Shown one piece after another: positions 12,601 to 25,500 of a stretch of 64,000 nucleotides of DNA. Origin of the DNA: Tubiluchus corallicola (lineage: Eukaryota; Animalia; Priapulida); the NCBI GenBank assembly GCA_030141605.1, contig JAQGDQ010000734.1, forward strand, positions 41,540 to 105,539, in the 5' to 3' direction. The notes under the pieces are model-generated. The model saw nothing but the letters and a program-made list of their open reading frames with translations, did no database searches and was not told the origin of the DNA. Each line of letters opens with the position of its first letter. The stretch's first letter is position 1. Both the position numbers and the translations under genes were made by a program.

Positions 12601-15600
12601 TCGGGAATTTCGAGTGGATCTTTCACCTTGGGCACAATATACATTCCGCATCATTGCACGAAATGAGATTGGCAACAGTGATCCAAGCGACGTAACAGAC
12701 ATCTGTGCCACGCCCGCTGCACGCCCGTCCAAGAATCCGGACAATGTGCGTGGCAATGGAACTACTCCAAACAATCTTGTGATTAGCTGGGATGTACGTA
12801 GAACTTAATTTTTCTTATTAAAAATTTGGCAAATTTAAACGTTTTCATAATAATACAATTTGCTGATGCGAACTGATTTTATTTGTCGTTTTACCGGATG
12901 TTTTTGTCTGAATTACTTCTATATTTTAGCTTAAAATTAAATCTTATTTTTTATTGTTGTTTCCTTTCTCGTTAATGGTTTTTAGTGTTATGTTTTCATT
13001 TATTTATTTTATTCATAAATTAATCAATAACGATCCGGTTTCAAATCCCGAGATCTGGTAATTTTAGTGGATCTCAATCCGATCATGATCCGGCAGAAAT
13101 GTTTGTTCGATTTTCGCTGTTTGTATTTCTGTAAAGTGATTGTGAAAATAGCTAGTCTTGGTAGGAAAAAAATACACAACAGTTTCATCAGACTTGATTT
13201 TTTTAATAATTTGAAAGATTTCTTTTAAAATCCTCCATAATTTATGAAGATATCGCTTAGTTTTATGCTGCCGTGATTGTAATGCACGCAATTGTCGTTG
13301 TGAACGACCGAAAATCATAAAAAATACATTTAATTTGCAATTATATTAATAACCTGTAAAACAGCTATTACTGTAGTAGATACGGCTTCTATCTATCTGT
13401 TACCTATTCTAAAAATGTGTTTAACCTAATAGTGAACGGTTGCTCTAGTTTTGCTATATTCTCTACTACCAGTTGGCTTTTACAACACATTATGTGCAGA
13501 CATCATTTTACCTGTAAGCTGTGGAATTTCTGTCCAATTTCTGTGGAAACTTCTGTATCAATAAACGTTTAAAGTATATTCTACTGTTATACCTTTTGTC
13601 AACACGACAGCAATACCAGCAATCTTCACACTGTGGTTTCTTGCTGAAAATAGCACGCAAAGATAGCGCTATTGCCGCAAAAACATCTGGTAAAAATTTA
13701 GAGCCATCTACTTCCATTAAAAGTATGTTTCATTGTTTTTGGTTTACACTCAACAAAAAGAGACGATACTATATGTGGCATATGTAATAAATGTTCAGAT
13801 CAAGTGTTCAGAATTTCAGCACAGCAAAATTTCCCAGTGACCCTGAAAACGAACATCATTTACATTAAACTGTAGGCTCGGAACCGGATCCGGATCCATC
13901 ACATACTGGTACGGATCCCATCCGAGCCGGCAAAAAATATGCTTTGTTTTAGTGTTTAAAATGTTGCCAGTTGTGACATCATTAACATCCATGTTTGATT
14001 CTTTCGTAGTTTAAAGAAATTTTATGACTTTGACGTTTCTGTTTGTTTCGTTTGAAGGAGATGGAAATGTTGGAGCAGAATGGACCTGGATTCTTCTACC
14101 AGGTGGAGTACAAGCCGCACGGTGCCGGCGACGATGAATGGGTCACAGTCAACATCACTGACCCAAAGAATACCTCAATAATGGTGCATCCAACGGACAC
14201 GTATCAACCGTACGACATCCGTGTTGAGGCTCACAACGACATGGGTTCCGCCATCGTGCCTGCGGTGGAGATGGTTGGCTATTCGGGTGAAGACAGTAAG
14301 TAAACAGCTGAAAATATTCAATCCACATACTGATACCCCTGTGTGCTTTTAGCCTCACATACCCCTGTGTGCTTTTAGCCTCACATACCCCTGTGTGTAC
14401 TTGTTAGTAGTTTTCCTGATCACTTGCTTCATTGTACTTCGTTGCTTTTGCTTACGTGATTTTTAAAATACATTTCCAAATCAGATCTTCGCAGCTGCAG
14501 ATGAAACACGGTAGGATTTTTCTAATATTTTTCTGTACAGTCTTAATTATTTGACAACTGAATTTATCTCTTATGTGTCTGGTGGACAGCATTTAAGCTG
14601 ATAATACACCTCGAGTATTTGCAGTGTTCCCTTACTTATCGCGGGTGTTCCGTTGCAGGCCCACCCGCGATAAGTGAATTTCCGCGAAGTAGGGACTAAT
14701 TTTAGTAGTCTCACGTCGGTTAGTAGCATCTCAAGCGGGCGCAAGTACTACATTTCGTTTTTGGTGTGTGTTCATCCGCCGAATAAATACACTATTTACT
14801 ATACATAGTAATTTTTTATGATTTATAATATTCTTTTAATGTTAGAATTAATATTTTTAATATATTTTTATACATTTTGTGATTTCTTGTGCAAAGTCAT
14901 CAAATCTATACATTACTGTACAATAAGAATTACGCATGTGCAAAATCATAATTGTAAGTTGACCTAAAACGACAACAAAAATCAGGAGGAGGATGAAAGG
15001 AACATGTAAGATAGACTGAAATGAAAAGGCAAGAGAAAGCAGGATCAATTCAGTTATCCAGGGGAACTTGGTTAGTTATGTTAGTTTTTATTCGAATATA
15101 AAAAAATTCAAAGTGAATTGGCCGACTTGGCCTAGACTTCATTTTTGCTGTTTCATTATTATAGACCTGTTTATTTAATTTATTTCCTAAATGCGATAAA
15201 TAATATATTGTTACTTACGTTACAGTCAAAATGTTACAACTACAAAACAGAACAGAAATTAAAGTTTCACTAAATATTGAGAATCGGCACAGGCCAAGAA
15301 GGTAGACTTGTTCAGGCCTTAGGAGAGGCAAAATGGAGAGACATAGATGGGTGAAAATAAAGTAATCGGGGCGAATGAAATGCCAGTATGATTGTAAGAG
15401 TAATGATAATGACAAGTGAATGAGATGATTATGAAAATGAAGATTAGATTTCACATGAAAATATAGGCCCAAAGAGAAGTAGATCAATCAGCCTGCTCAT
15501 AAATTGCTACTATGATGTAAAACAGTCGTGTGTATAGATTTTAGGAACCAGTTTTTTGCCTTGGTACAAAATATTTTAAGTTAGCTGCAGAGCTTTTGTC

Positions 15601-18600
15601 ACATTTATTTTATTGATGTTTATTTTTTGGTTTGTTTACTGCACCAAACATTTTTGTTTTCAGAATCCAATTACATTTCTGTGCCATCTCCACTACCTTC
15701 TCCATCGTCTACAACTCCATCGCCGTCAACAGTACCTCCACCATCTATTCCCGTGCGGAGTAACTTTTCAACTCATTCATCACGTAACCTTTCCCTGTCT
15801 GCCGTTCCTGACATCATCACCTCAATGTCGGACAGCCTCGCTACCATATCCAGTACACTGTCCACCATGTCGGACACCATTTCCTTCATGTCCAATGTCC
15901 TGTTGGACAAACCGGAAGCGGCATCCGCCGTGTCCGAGTCAATCTCTGCTATGTTGCCATCCATCTCGGCAATGTCGGACACCATTGTTACCATGACTGA
16001 CACTCTTTCTGCCGTATCTGATACAGTGTCTACCCAATCACCGGTTAACTGTACACAAAGTGTGGATACGATGTCTTCTGCTTCCGACGTAGCTGAATCC
16101 GAGTCCGCTTCCCAGAATACAGTGTTAGATGAGACATCAAAGACGACGGATTTTGTATTTCCATTATCTGCATTCAGCACGGAAACGATTGTAGATTCTT
16201 ACCTACCAAATAATCTAAGCAGAGATCCTAATGTCGACCCTTTCATTTTGCTTTCGAATGAGTCGTCTGTTGATGTTTCTCCACCGTCTTCAAAAACTTT
16301 GAACGTCTCTGACAAATCATCCACTTTTATTAACCTGAATTCTTCAGCAGTTGCTGACATGTTCATTTCGAAAACGGAACGATTGCCAGTCGAGGAAATA
16401 AACTTGCTTGTGGAGGCTGCAAGCTTGCCTCCTCTCAGTACTAATTCTTTTGCTATTACCGAAAGCTCATCAGCCCAGGTTTTGAGTTCTCCTGGAAATC
16501 AATTAAACCGTTCATCACTCAACACGCCACGCTCTTCTGCTAAGATTGCACACTCGCCTGCAAAGAGTGCAAGCTTATCTACTACATCTGAAAACGTACC
16601 CGTGCAATCTGCTGATGCATTTACTAAGACTGTAGGTGCATCTGCTGACATGCCATCTGAACCTGCAAGATTACCAGGTGAGGTTGCAGATGCATTTGTG
16701 AAGAATGCAATCACATCTGTCCAGACTCCTATTTTATTTACGGAAACAGTAGATGCATCGTCTACTGATTCCGCAATCTTGTCTCGGACGAACTTTGGCA
16801 CATCTGACAGTGCGTCTAGGACATCTACAAAAACTATGGAGAAGTCTTCAAGATTATCCTCGGACACTGTCCAATCAAGTCCATCATATTTAGAATACAT
16901 TGCAAGTGCAACGTCTCAGCAAGCTGCTGTTGCAGTAGCTAATGCTATGAAGTTGTCCCAGCACCTTGGTGATTCAGTCGATGTTCCAACTGAAGATGTT
17001 GTTGAGCCTGCTAACACATCTCACTCTGTTTCTGAAGACCTTTCTTTGCTCACCTCCAGAGCTATTGACATGCGACAGAACTTCTCTAATGTACTGGTGA
17101 CCCTGAATGCAATATCTGAAGCGCAGGAAATGATGTCTCAACCAAACTCTTTTGTCCCCGACGTTCTAGCCATGATGGCCTCGGTCCTTTACTTGATATC
17201 GGAGACGTTTCCAGTTATGTCAGAGATAATTTCAGTGCTGCCAGAAACTGCCTTTACGGAGCCGGCTTCAGATTCCATGACTCCGACCGTTGTGGCTATG
17301 TCTGACACCATGTCCGTAATATCTGACACCCTCTCTGTGATGTCTAATACACTCGAAGCGATGATTGTGGAAAATTTTACCGATTTGGTCGTCAATGCCA
17401 CGTTGGACGACATTGATCCAGTCATGTCAGATGTGAATTCAACATTGCAAGACATCGTTTCTAGGATCAAAGATGTCAGTTTTTCAATTCGGACAATGAA
17501 CAAAACAAAACCGAATTATGGCCCAAATAACGAAACCAAATCAACTTTCCAACTGATTAATGAAACAAAGTTAAATTATGAAGTAAATAACAACACCAAG
17601 CTTAAGTACGGTCTGATTAACGAAACCAAGCTAATGCATGAACTAAACAATGAAACCGAACTAAAATATGAACTGAATAATGAAAGCGAAGTGAATATTG
17701 AAAGCGAACTAAAATACGAACTGAATAATGAAACCAAATCAGAATACAGACTGAATAACGAAACCAAATCAGAATACAGACTGAATAATGAAACCGACTC
17801 ATATGATGAAATGGAAACACTAGATACTAATTCGTCGTCTTTGGATCTCAATTCGTCAACATTAGACGGTATTTTTGACGTCAAGCCAGAAGCTGACCTG
17901 TCTAATGCAACTTCGCCTCTTCTCTTTAATTTCTGGATTATACTCGAATTCGGCAATGGTACCAGACCATTTGGAAGTACATAATGGTTCTTTCCTTCCT
18001 TTTTCATAATTGATTGAACGTTATTTTACTCGTTTTTAGTTCCGTGTTATTGACAATTTTGATTTGTACATTTTTGGAATTTTTGTACCTTTTTTAATTT
18101 TGTTGATTTTTTTGTTAATTAAGAGCTTAGGATTGAGGAAGTCATCAGCTTTTGAGATGAGTGCATTCGTTCTTTCCCGTCGGTTTGTTCCTTTTTAGAA
18201 TCAGAAAAATTATAATTTTCTTATTAGGATTTGTGCAATAAATTATTAGTTTATCAGTTTTTGATTTTTCTACTGGCTACTGCTGTCCACCTCCACCATC
18301 ACGAGTACCACCATTTACATCAATATCAGCTTTATCACGTCATTTCAAAAATAGTTTTGTTTTGTATGAAATAATTTAAACATTTTGCAAAATATAAAGT
18401 AGAAAAGTCGTATAACAATACGTCATTGCTCATTCAGTAATAACAACAACATTTTCTGCAAGTCTCGTCCATGTTTTTGGCTTTACACGTTTTGTGGTCA
18501 CTTTTTGGTCAACAGAGGACAGCACCACTGTTTATTTTCAGTAGCCTGATTCATGAAGTGTGCCTGCTATGTGCTGGTATTATTGCTACTAGTGAACTCG

Positions 18601-19458
18601 TCAGTTAATTTGCATATTAAGCATGACAGTATAGAGATGTGGTTCAGGCAGTGAAGTGATGGAGCGGTTTCTTTTATTCATTGACTGTCAGGATCATCTG
18701 CTTCCTCTGCTTCCTCGTTTTCTCTTCACTTAAAATATTAAATTACGTTGTTGTTGTTGTTACTTGTTTGTTTTACTAAACCTATTTCAAATTGAGAATT
18801 TTGAGTATTATTTCTTTGTTAATGTTGCCTTAATGATGCTTGTTAGTACAACCACTATGTTGCGCACTTAGTTTAATTACAACAGTATAATTCACTGAAA
18901 TCGTGTCATTAATGCTTTTTTTCTCAAACATTTACAGTTATGACATGTTTGAAGTTACTGTTGTTCATTCAATTATTCAGCCGACATATGTAGTATCCAT
19001 GCTTTTCCAGAGCCGGAAGTAATCCCACAGGAATTCCAGGTGGCACGCGTGTTAGGTCCTCGCGAGGCAGAGTTTGCCTGGAAAAAAGTAGAAAATGACG
19101 TTAGCAAAATTAAGGGAGCTTTTGTCGGATACAAGGTAGGTTATAGTTTTTGTTTTTGACAGCTATTAGTTCTAGTGGTGAGTTCACATGTTTTGTTCCT
19201 TTGTTTCTTTTCTACTGTCTAATACTCTGATTATTTTTTCAAACTTTACACAATGTTATCTAAACTTGTTTCAAATGAGTTGTCATCAAAATAGCTGCGT
19301 CTAACGGTCATCGCGGAAGGTTAAATATACATGTCTTATACAGCGTTATCGCCGACGCAAGTCTGGCAAAATGCAAAATGCAGTATGTAAGTGGTATAAA
19401 ACTGCAAGACGAATTTTTTAAGCTTATGTTAAGGTAGGGTTTTCTTGTGCTTTAAGGA

Positions 19459-19519
<61 letters not shown>

Positions 19520-22500
19520 GTCATAACTTCTAAGTGGGTAGCATGTGTTGACTTTCTTTCTTGTCTGTGGTATTTTCTTCTTCTTTAAATAGCTTAAGTT
19601 GTACATTTTCACATTCATACACTTTCTCATTTATTCATTATCATTTATTTCAACATTCGTTACAAGTAAAAGTGCATTCCGTTATAATCACACTTACATT
19701 AAAGTCAAAAAGTCTAGTCATGGAGAACACCACTAAAGCGACTTACCTTTTGAAGCCACAATTTTTCAACAAGAAACAGTGCATTGCAGTGCCACCTATA
19801 GTAATGTTTTGAGTTTAGTTGAAGAGAATGATACTTTAACTTTTGTTTCAGATTCGGACGTGGACGAAAGACGAGGGAAAGGATAAGGCCCGTGTGACAC
19901 TGATCAAGCCTGACCAGACGACAGCCAAGGTGGAGAATCTCAAGCCTTTCTCGGAGGTTCACGCAGAAATTGTGGTTTACAACGGCGTCTATGAAGGAGA
20001 GCCCAGCGAACAAGTTACATTTGAAACACCGGAAGGACGTAAGGACAACTAGGCTCATATACACTTGTTACAGCATTCAGAGTGCTAATAAAAATAGACA
20101 TACAGAATTGTAAAAAACAGACATACAGCCTGGTGAAAATAGACATACAGAATTGTAAAAAAACAGACATACAGCCTTGTGAAAATAGACATACAGAATT
20201 GTAAAAAAACAGACATACAGCCTGGTGAAAATAGACATGCTGACTGGTAAAAAAGAGACGTATTTAGCGGAAAAACAGACTTATTCACAGGTAAAAACAG
20301 GCATATTTAGTAGTAAAAATAGATGTACTAGATTGCTGTATTCATTGTGCTGTAATCGTTTCTTCAGCTCCTGGTCCAGTCAATGGTCTACAAGCTTACC
20401 CAATTGGATCAAATTCAATGTTGTTAGAGTGGCAGAAACCCATGGAACCGAATGGTAATCTCACTGGTTATGTGATCGTGTACCGGACTACGGTAGGTAA
20501 CATTTATACCTTAAAACGCTGTTAGGCTAGAATAAATTAGGTAGTGGTTAGATTGAATGAATTTAAAATTCACTGCGTTGAATAAAATTGTTAACGTTAT
20601 TTCAAAATAGTTTGCTTTGGCTTGAATTGTGCAGAAAATGTAGCAGATAGAATGATCTTTCTATAATATCATTAATATAATTATTATGAAACAATTTCCG
20701 ACTGTTTTTTCAGTGATTCTTACCTTCTTAAAATTTTTAGTCATTTTTCTAAAAATATCATTAATATGTTACTGTTATTTATTATTCATCTAGTTTAAAA
20801 CCATTATGGCCTTACAGGTACATGCAACTTTTGCTTCTTTTTAGTTTTGCTGTTGCATAAGCAGGTTAATTTGTTAGCTATTGTGCTTTTAATTAGTTAA
20901 TTTTACCCATAGAGTTCTGCTTTTTTAATTTTTTCATTTTGTTTGTCCTAAATTTGCATAATTTTATTTTCTGTAATTGTTTGCCATCAATTTAATTTTG
21001 ATCTATTTTCCTTCCCATAATTGTTTGCCATCAATTTAATTTTGATCTATTTTCCTTCTCATAATTGTTTGCCATCAATTTAATTTTGATCTATTTTCCT
21101 TCCCATAATTGTTTGCCATCAATTTAATTTTGATCTATTTTCCTTCCCATAATTGTTTGCCATCAATTTAATTTTGATCTATTTTCCTTCCCATAATTGT
21201 TTGCCATCAATTTAATTTTGATCTATTTTCCTTCCCATAATTGTTTGCCATCAATTTAATTTTGATCTATTTTCCTTTTCATAATTGTTTGCCATCAATT
21301 TAATTTTGATCTATTTTCCTTCTCATAATTGTTTGCCATCAATTTAATTTTGATCTATTTTCCTTCCCATAATTGTTTGCCATCAATTTAATTTTGATCT
21401 ATTTTCCTTTCCATAATTGTTTGCCATCAATTTAATTTTGATCTATTTTCCTTTTCATAATTGTTTGCCATCAATTTAATTTTGATCTATTTTCCTTCTC
21501 ATAATTGTTTGCCATCAATTTAATTTTGATCTATTTTCCTTCCCATAATTGTTTGCCATCAATTTATTTTCGATCTATTTTCCTTCCCATAATTGTTTGC
21601 CATCAATTTATTTTCGATCTATTTTCCTTCCCATAATTGTTTGCCATCAATTTATTTTCGATCTATTTTCCTTTCCATCATTGTTTGCTATCAATTTAAT
21701 TTTGATCTATTTTCCTTTTCATAATTGTTTGCTATCAATTTAATTTTGATTTATTTTCCTTTTCGCAATTGTTTGCCATCAATTTAATTTTGATTTATTT
21801 TCCTTTTCATAATTGTTTGCCATCAATTTAATTTTGATCTATTTTCCTTTTCATAATTGTTTGCCATCAATTTAATTTTGATCTATTTCCTTTTCATAAT
21901 TGTTTGCCATCAACTTAACTGCGGTCTATTTTCCTTTTCATAATTGTTTGCCATCAATTTAATTTTGATCTATTTTCCTTTTCATAATTGTTTGCCATCA
22001 ATTTAATTTTGATCTATTTCCTTTTCATAATTGTTTGCCATCAACTTAACTGCGATCTATTTTCCTTTTCATAATTGTTTGCCATCAATTTAATTTTGAT
22101 CTATTTTCCTTTTCATAATTGTTTGCCATCAATTTAATTTTGATTTATTTTCCTATTCTGTTCCTTATTTCATGATAATAATATTTGTTCGCCGTGCTGA
22201 AATTACTAGACTTACTATTTAGGGATGGCAGACTGGATGGCCATTTGGTGTTTCGCCATCCTGTCCTCCTTAAATTTTGTAACTTATTGTTATATACTAT
22301 TCTGTGATTGTTATTTTGAAGACAAATAAATTATTATTATTATGATTGGCTTATCGGAATGACTTGTTAAAATGGTAACCTTACTATATTGATGATGCCT
22401 GACCAGCTTAGACTATGATTAGATGAGGCTAATTTGAGCATCCTAATGCGCAAGTACTGTTGCTGTTTGGAAATCTGAGGAACTCTTTTTAGAAAATATG

Positions 22501-25500
22501 ATGTAACTAGATTGTAACACTTCCAAATAAGGTTATCTTCTCCACAGAATGGCACAAAGCTGGGTGATGAAGTCACCGTGTCTCCTCCGATTACCGATGG
22601 GGAGACAACAACCAAGAGGGTGAGAAAGCTTCAAGCTGACACGATGTACCGGATCATGATACGGGCACAAACAAAAGCCGGACCGGGTGAAGCTACGTAC
22701 GTGGAGAGGCGAACCGGAAAACCAGGAAGTAAGAAAACAAAATTGGCAAAATATGTAAAGGATTTTTGTCTGTAAATGACGACATTGTAATTGTAAAGTT
22801 CTTCATGCTGCTTAATATTTAGTATTTATCTTTAACCCTTTCATTCCCGTTGTATCCCGTGGGATACGAGAATATTTTTTGCCTTTAAAATTAATAAAAT
22901 TTTAAAACTGACAGTTATTTGATCTGTTAATAGTTATTTTGATTTAAGCCAATAACAATAGACTAAAAATAGTGATAAAATGGCAAACTAGAAAATCTAC
23001 ATAGCATAAAAAACTGTGCAAGGTACAGTACTTTAGAGACGACTTCGTACAGATCAGCATAGCATGCATACTAAATGTCTTAAATACTTTAAAAAATTAT
23101 CAGCAGTCGCAAAATGAAGCACATTTTTTGCTTTTGTTGTGTTTTTAAAGTCGGAATTTGTTTTTTTTGCACATGACAAAGAATGTTGTGTATCCCATAC
23201 ATTGGGAACAAAAGTACCAAGCCAAAAATTTTTTTGTTTATTTAAAAATAATTTGGGACTGAAAGGGTTAATATAGTCTTAAGCCATTCCAGGTTCAAAT
23301 AATATAGTAAGTGAAAATGTTGAGCCAAATGATTTTAAAGTTGATGTTCCAGCTAACAATGAACTCCATAATGAATGAATGACCTTCATTTATTTTTTTA
23401 GAAACTGCTTTTAGTTCTCTTTCAACACTGCCCAAAATTGCAAAATGTAGTTTCTAAAAGAAGATATTTTACTGTTCCTGCAGCTGCGTACTGTATCAGC
23501 TCACTAGAGCATGTGATGGTGTGTTTTGTTCTCTTGCTACTCACCTGAAGTACACTTTGTCATCTCGTTTTTCTAACTTCTAGTGCCGTTAAAGCCTGTA
23601 CTGATCGCTGAAGGTCACAATGACACCACCATTCTCCTTAGATGGGAGCAACCAGACGATGGTATTCAAGGGAAACTTTACTATGCAAACTATCGAAAAG
23701 TTGGTGAGTGATTTAAACATGAGATGGCGCTGCTGGTTTTGAATAATTTGTAATGAAATATGTGTAAAACACTTGTTTTAGTAGCCAAGAGGATGCTCAT
23801 CGTATCTGTATTCTGTTTGTGTGGCCTGTATTTAGATGTTTACTTTTTGACTATAGCCTTTGTTCTTGTGTGGTCTGGATTGGTGCGGTTTCTTTAAAAG
23901 AAATAAGAGTAATAAACTTTCAGTATTTGATAGAACGTCGCTAGGTTATGTAGATATTTTTGTAGATGTCAATTGTAATATATGCTCATTGTTTCTGGTT
24001 TGTTGTGTTTAAAACTTATTCTTTAGGGATGAAAGTTGTTGCATATACACATTTTAAAGCCCATCGTTTGTGACCGGGAAATGTTGTATGTAATAACGGT
24101 GCAGAACTCATTGTTTATGAATCATACTGTCATTGTTTGTGGATAAACATTGCTTACATAGTTACACAAACTTTGTTTATCTCATTGTTTATGAAAGACA
24201 ATGTCAATATTCATTGAAAAACACTACAGTATATAAAACAGTATAGAACTCATTGTTCGTCATTGTTTGTGGATGGACATTGTTTTATATAAACATTGTG
24301 GAACTGGTTGCTTATTAATGACCCTGTCATTGTTTATAAATGAACATTGTTATATATAAGCAGTGTAGAGCTCATTGTTTTGTTTATATCTGATGAAGGA
24401 GAGGAGGAATGGGAGCGTAGTGATGAGGAATATGTTAACGACCACATTGTCATCGACTCTTTGGAACCTGGTACCAAATACGAGGTTCAGGTTGTTGCTG
24501 TTAACGATGAGAAAGAGGCACCTAGTGACATTAAAGTGGTGACTACAAAAGGAGACGGTACGTATTCAAAATCCTCCTCAGACTTGCCCACTGTTTATAA
24601 TTTACATATAAAGATTTGGTTTTAATTGTCCGGAGTTCAATAGTCGTTTTTGTTGTTGGAATATTCCCGTATGGGTAAATGAGGGGTGGAATACAGTGTG
24701 TAAAAATGTAAGACCGTCATTTGCCTCAGCAATCTTTATAATTTTGCTCTTTGCACGTAATTTGTAATCACCAAATTTTTAGCTGAGGGTTCAACTGCAT
24801 TTATTCATTTTTTTTACTCTTTTTTGCTAGATCTTATTGCAAAGTTTGCTAACTTTCGTTTAGTTTGTCTCAGTTTTTTTTTGTCATTTCAACTTTTTCT
24901 ATTTTTCTTGCTGACTGCAGTTCAATTTTATTTTTACAGTATTCTTCATTCTCGTGTTGAAAGTTATCATGCACCAAAGACTTATTTCCAGTGATTATTA
25001 TTACCGCACCTCTTTGCTTTGTCTACCTCTCTAGACTTGTTTCCAGTGATTATTATTACCTTACCTCTTTGCTTTGTCTACCTCCCTTTAAAGGAAAGGA
25101 CAAGCCACTTTGCATGTTGGGTTTATTTTACTGTTATCACTCAAACTTAGAAAAATGTAAAAAAGAAAATTGCAAAAATTATTTGTAGAACATAAGGTAA
25201 CTGGTGGTTTTCGACTTTTCCTAAGCGCAACATGGCTGTTTTGTAAGGTTAAAATAATTCAGACTTTTGTACATTGCTTGGTATTCTTCCATAAATATCA
25301 CAAAATTAATGTCTATTTTTTTGTAAAAATTTCTTATACCCTTCTCACAAGTTGACAGTGTGCCAATTTTCTTCAGTTGGTGAATGATGTCATTGGTGGA
25401 AAAACAACATTCTTTTCAGGAGCACCCAAGTGTGAAATGATCGCGACTTTAAACTGATTTAAACTAATCACATGAGGCATTTATCGCACTTTTATTGCCA

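Noticed and set aside
17915-17984. GPI signal or TM helix at the end of the mucin-like ORF
   Set aside because: The hydrophobic run LLFNFWIIL is only about 9 aa and is followed by a polar tail, too short for either
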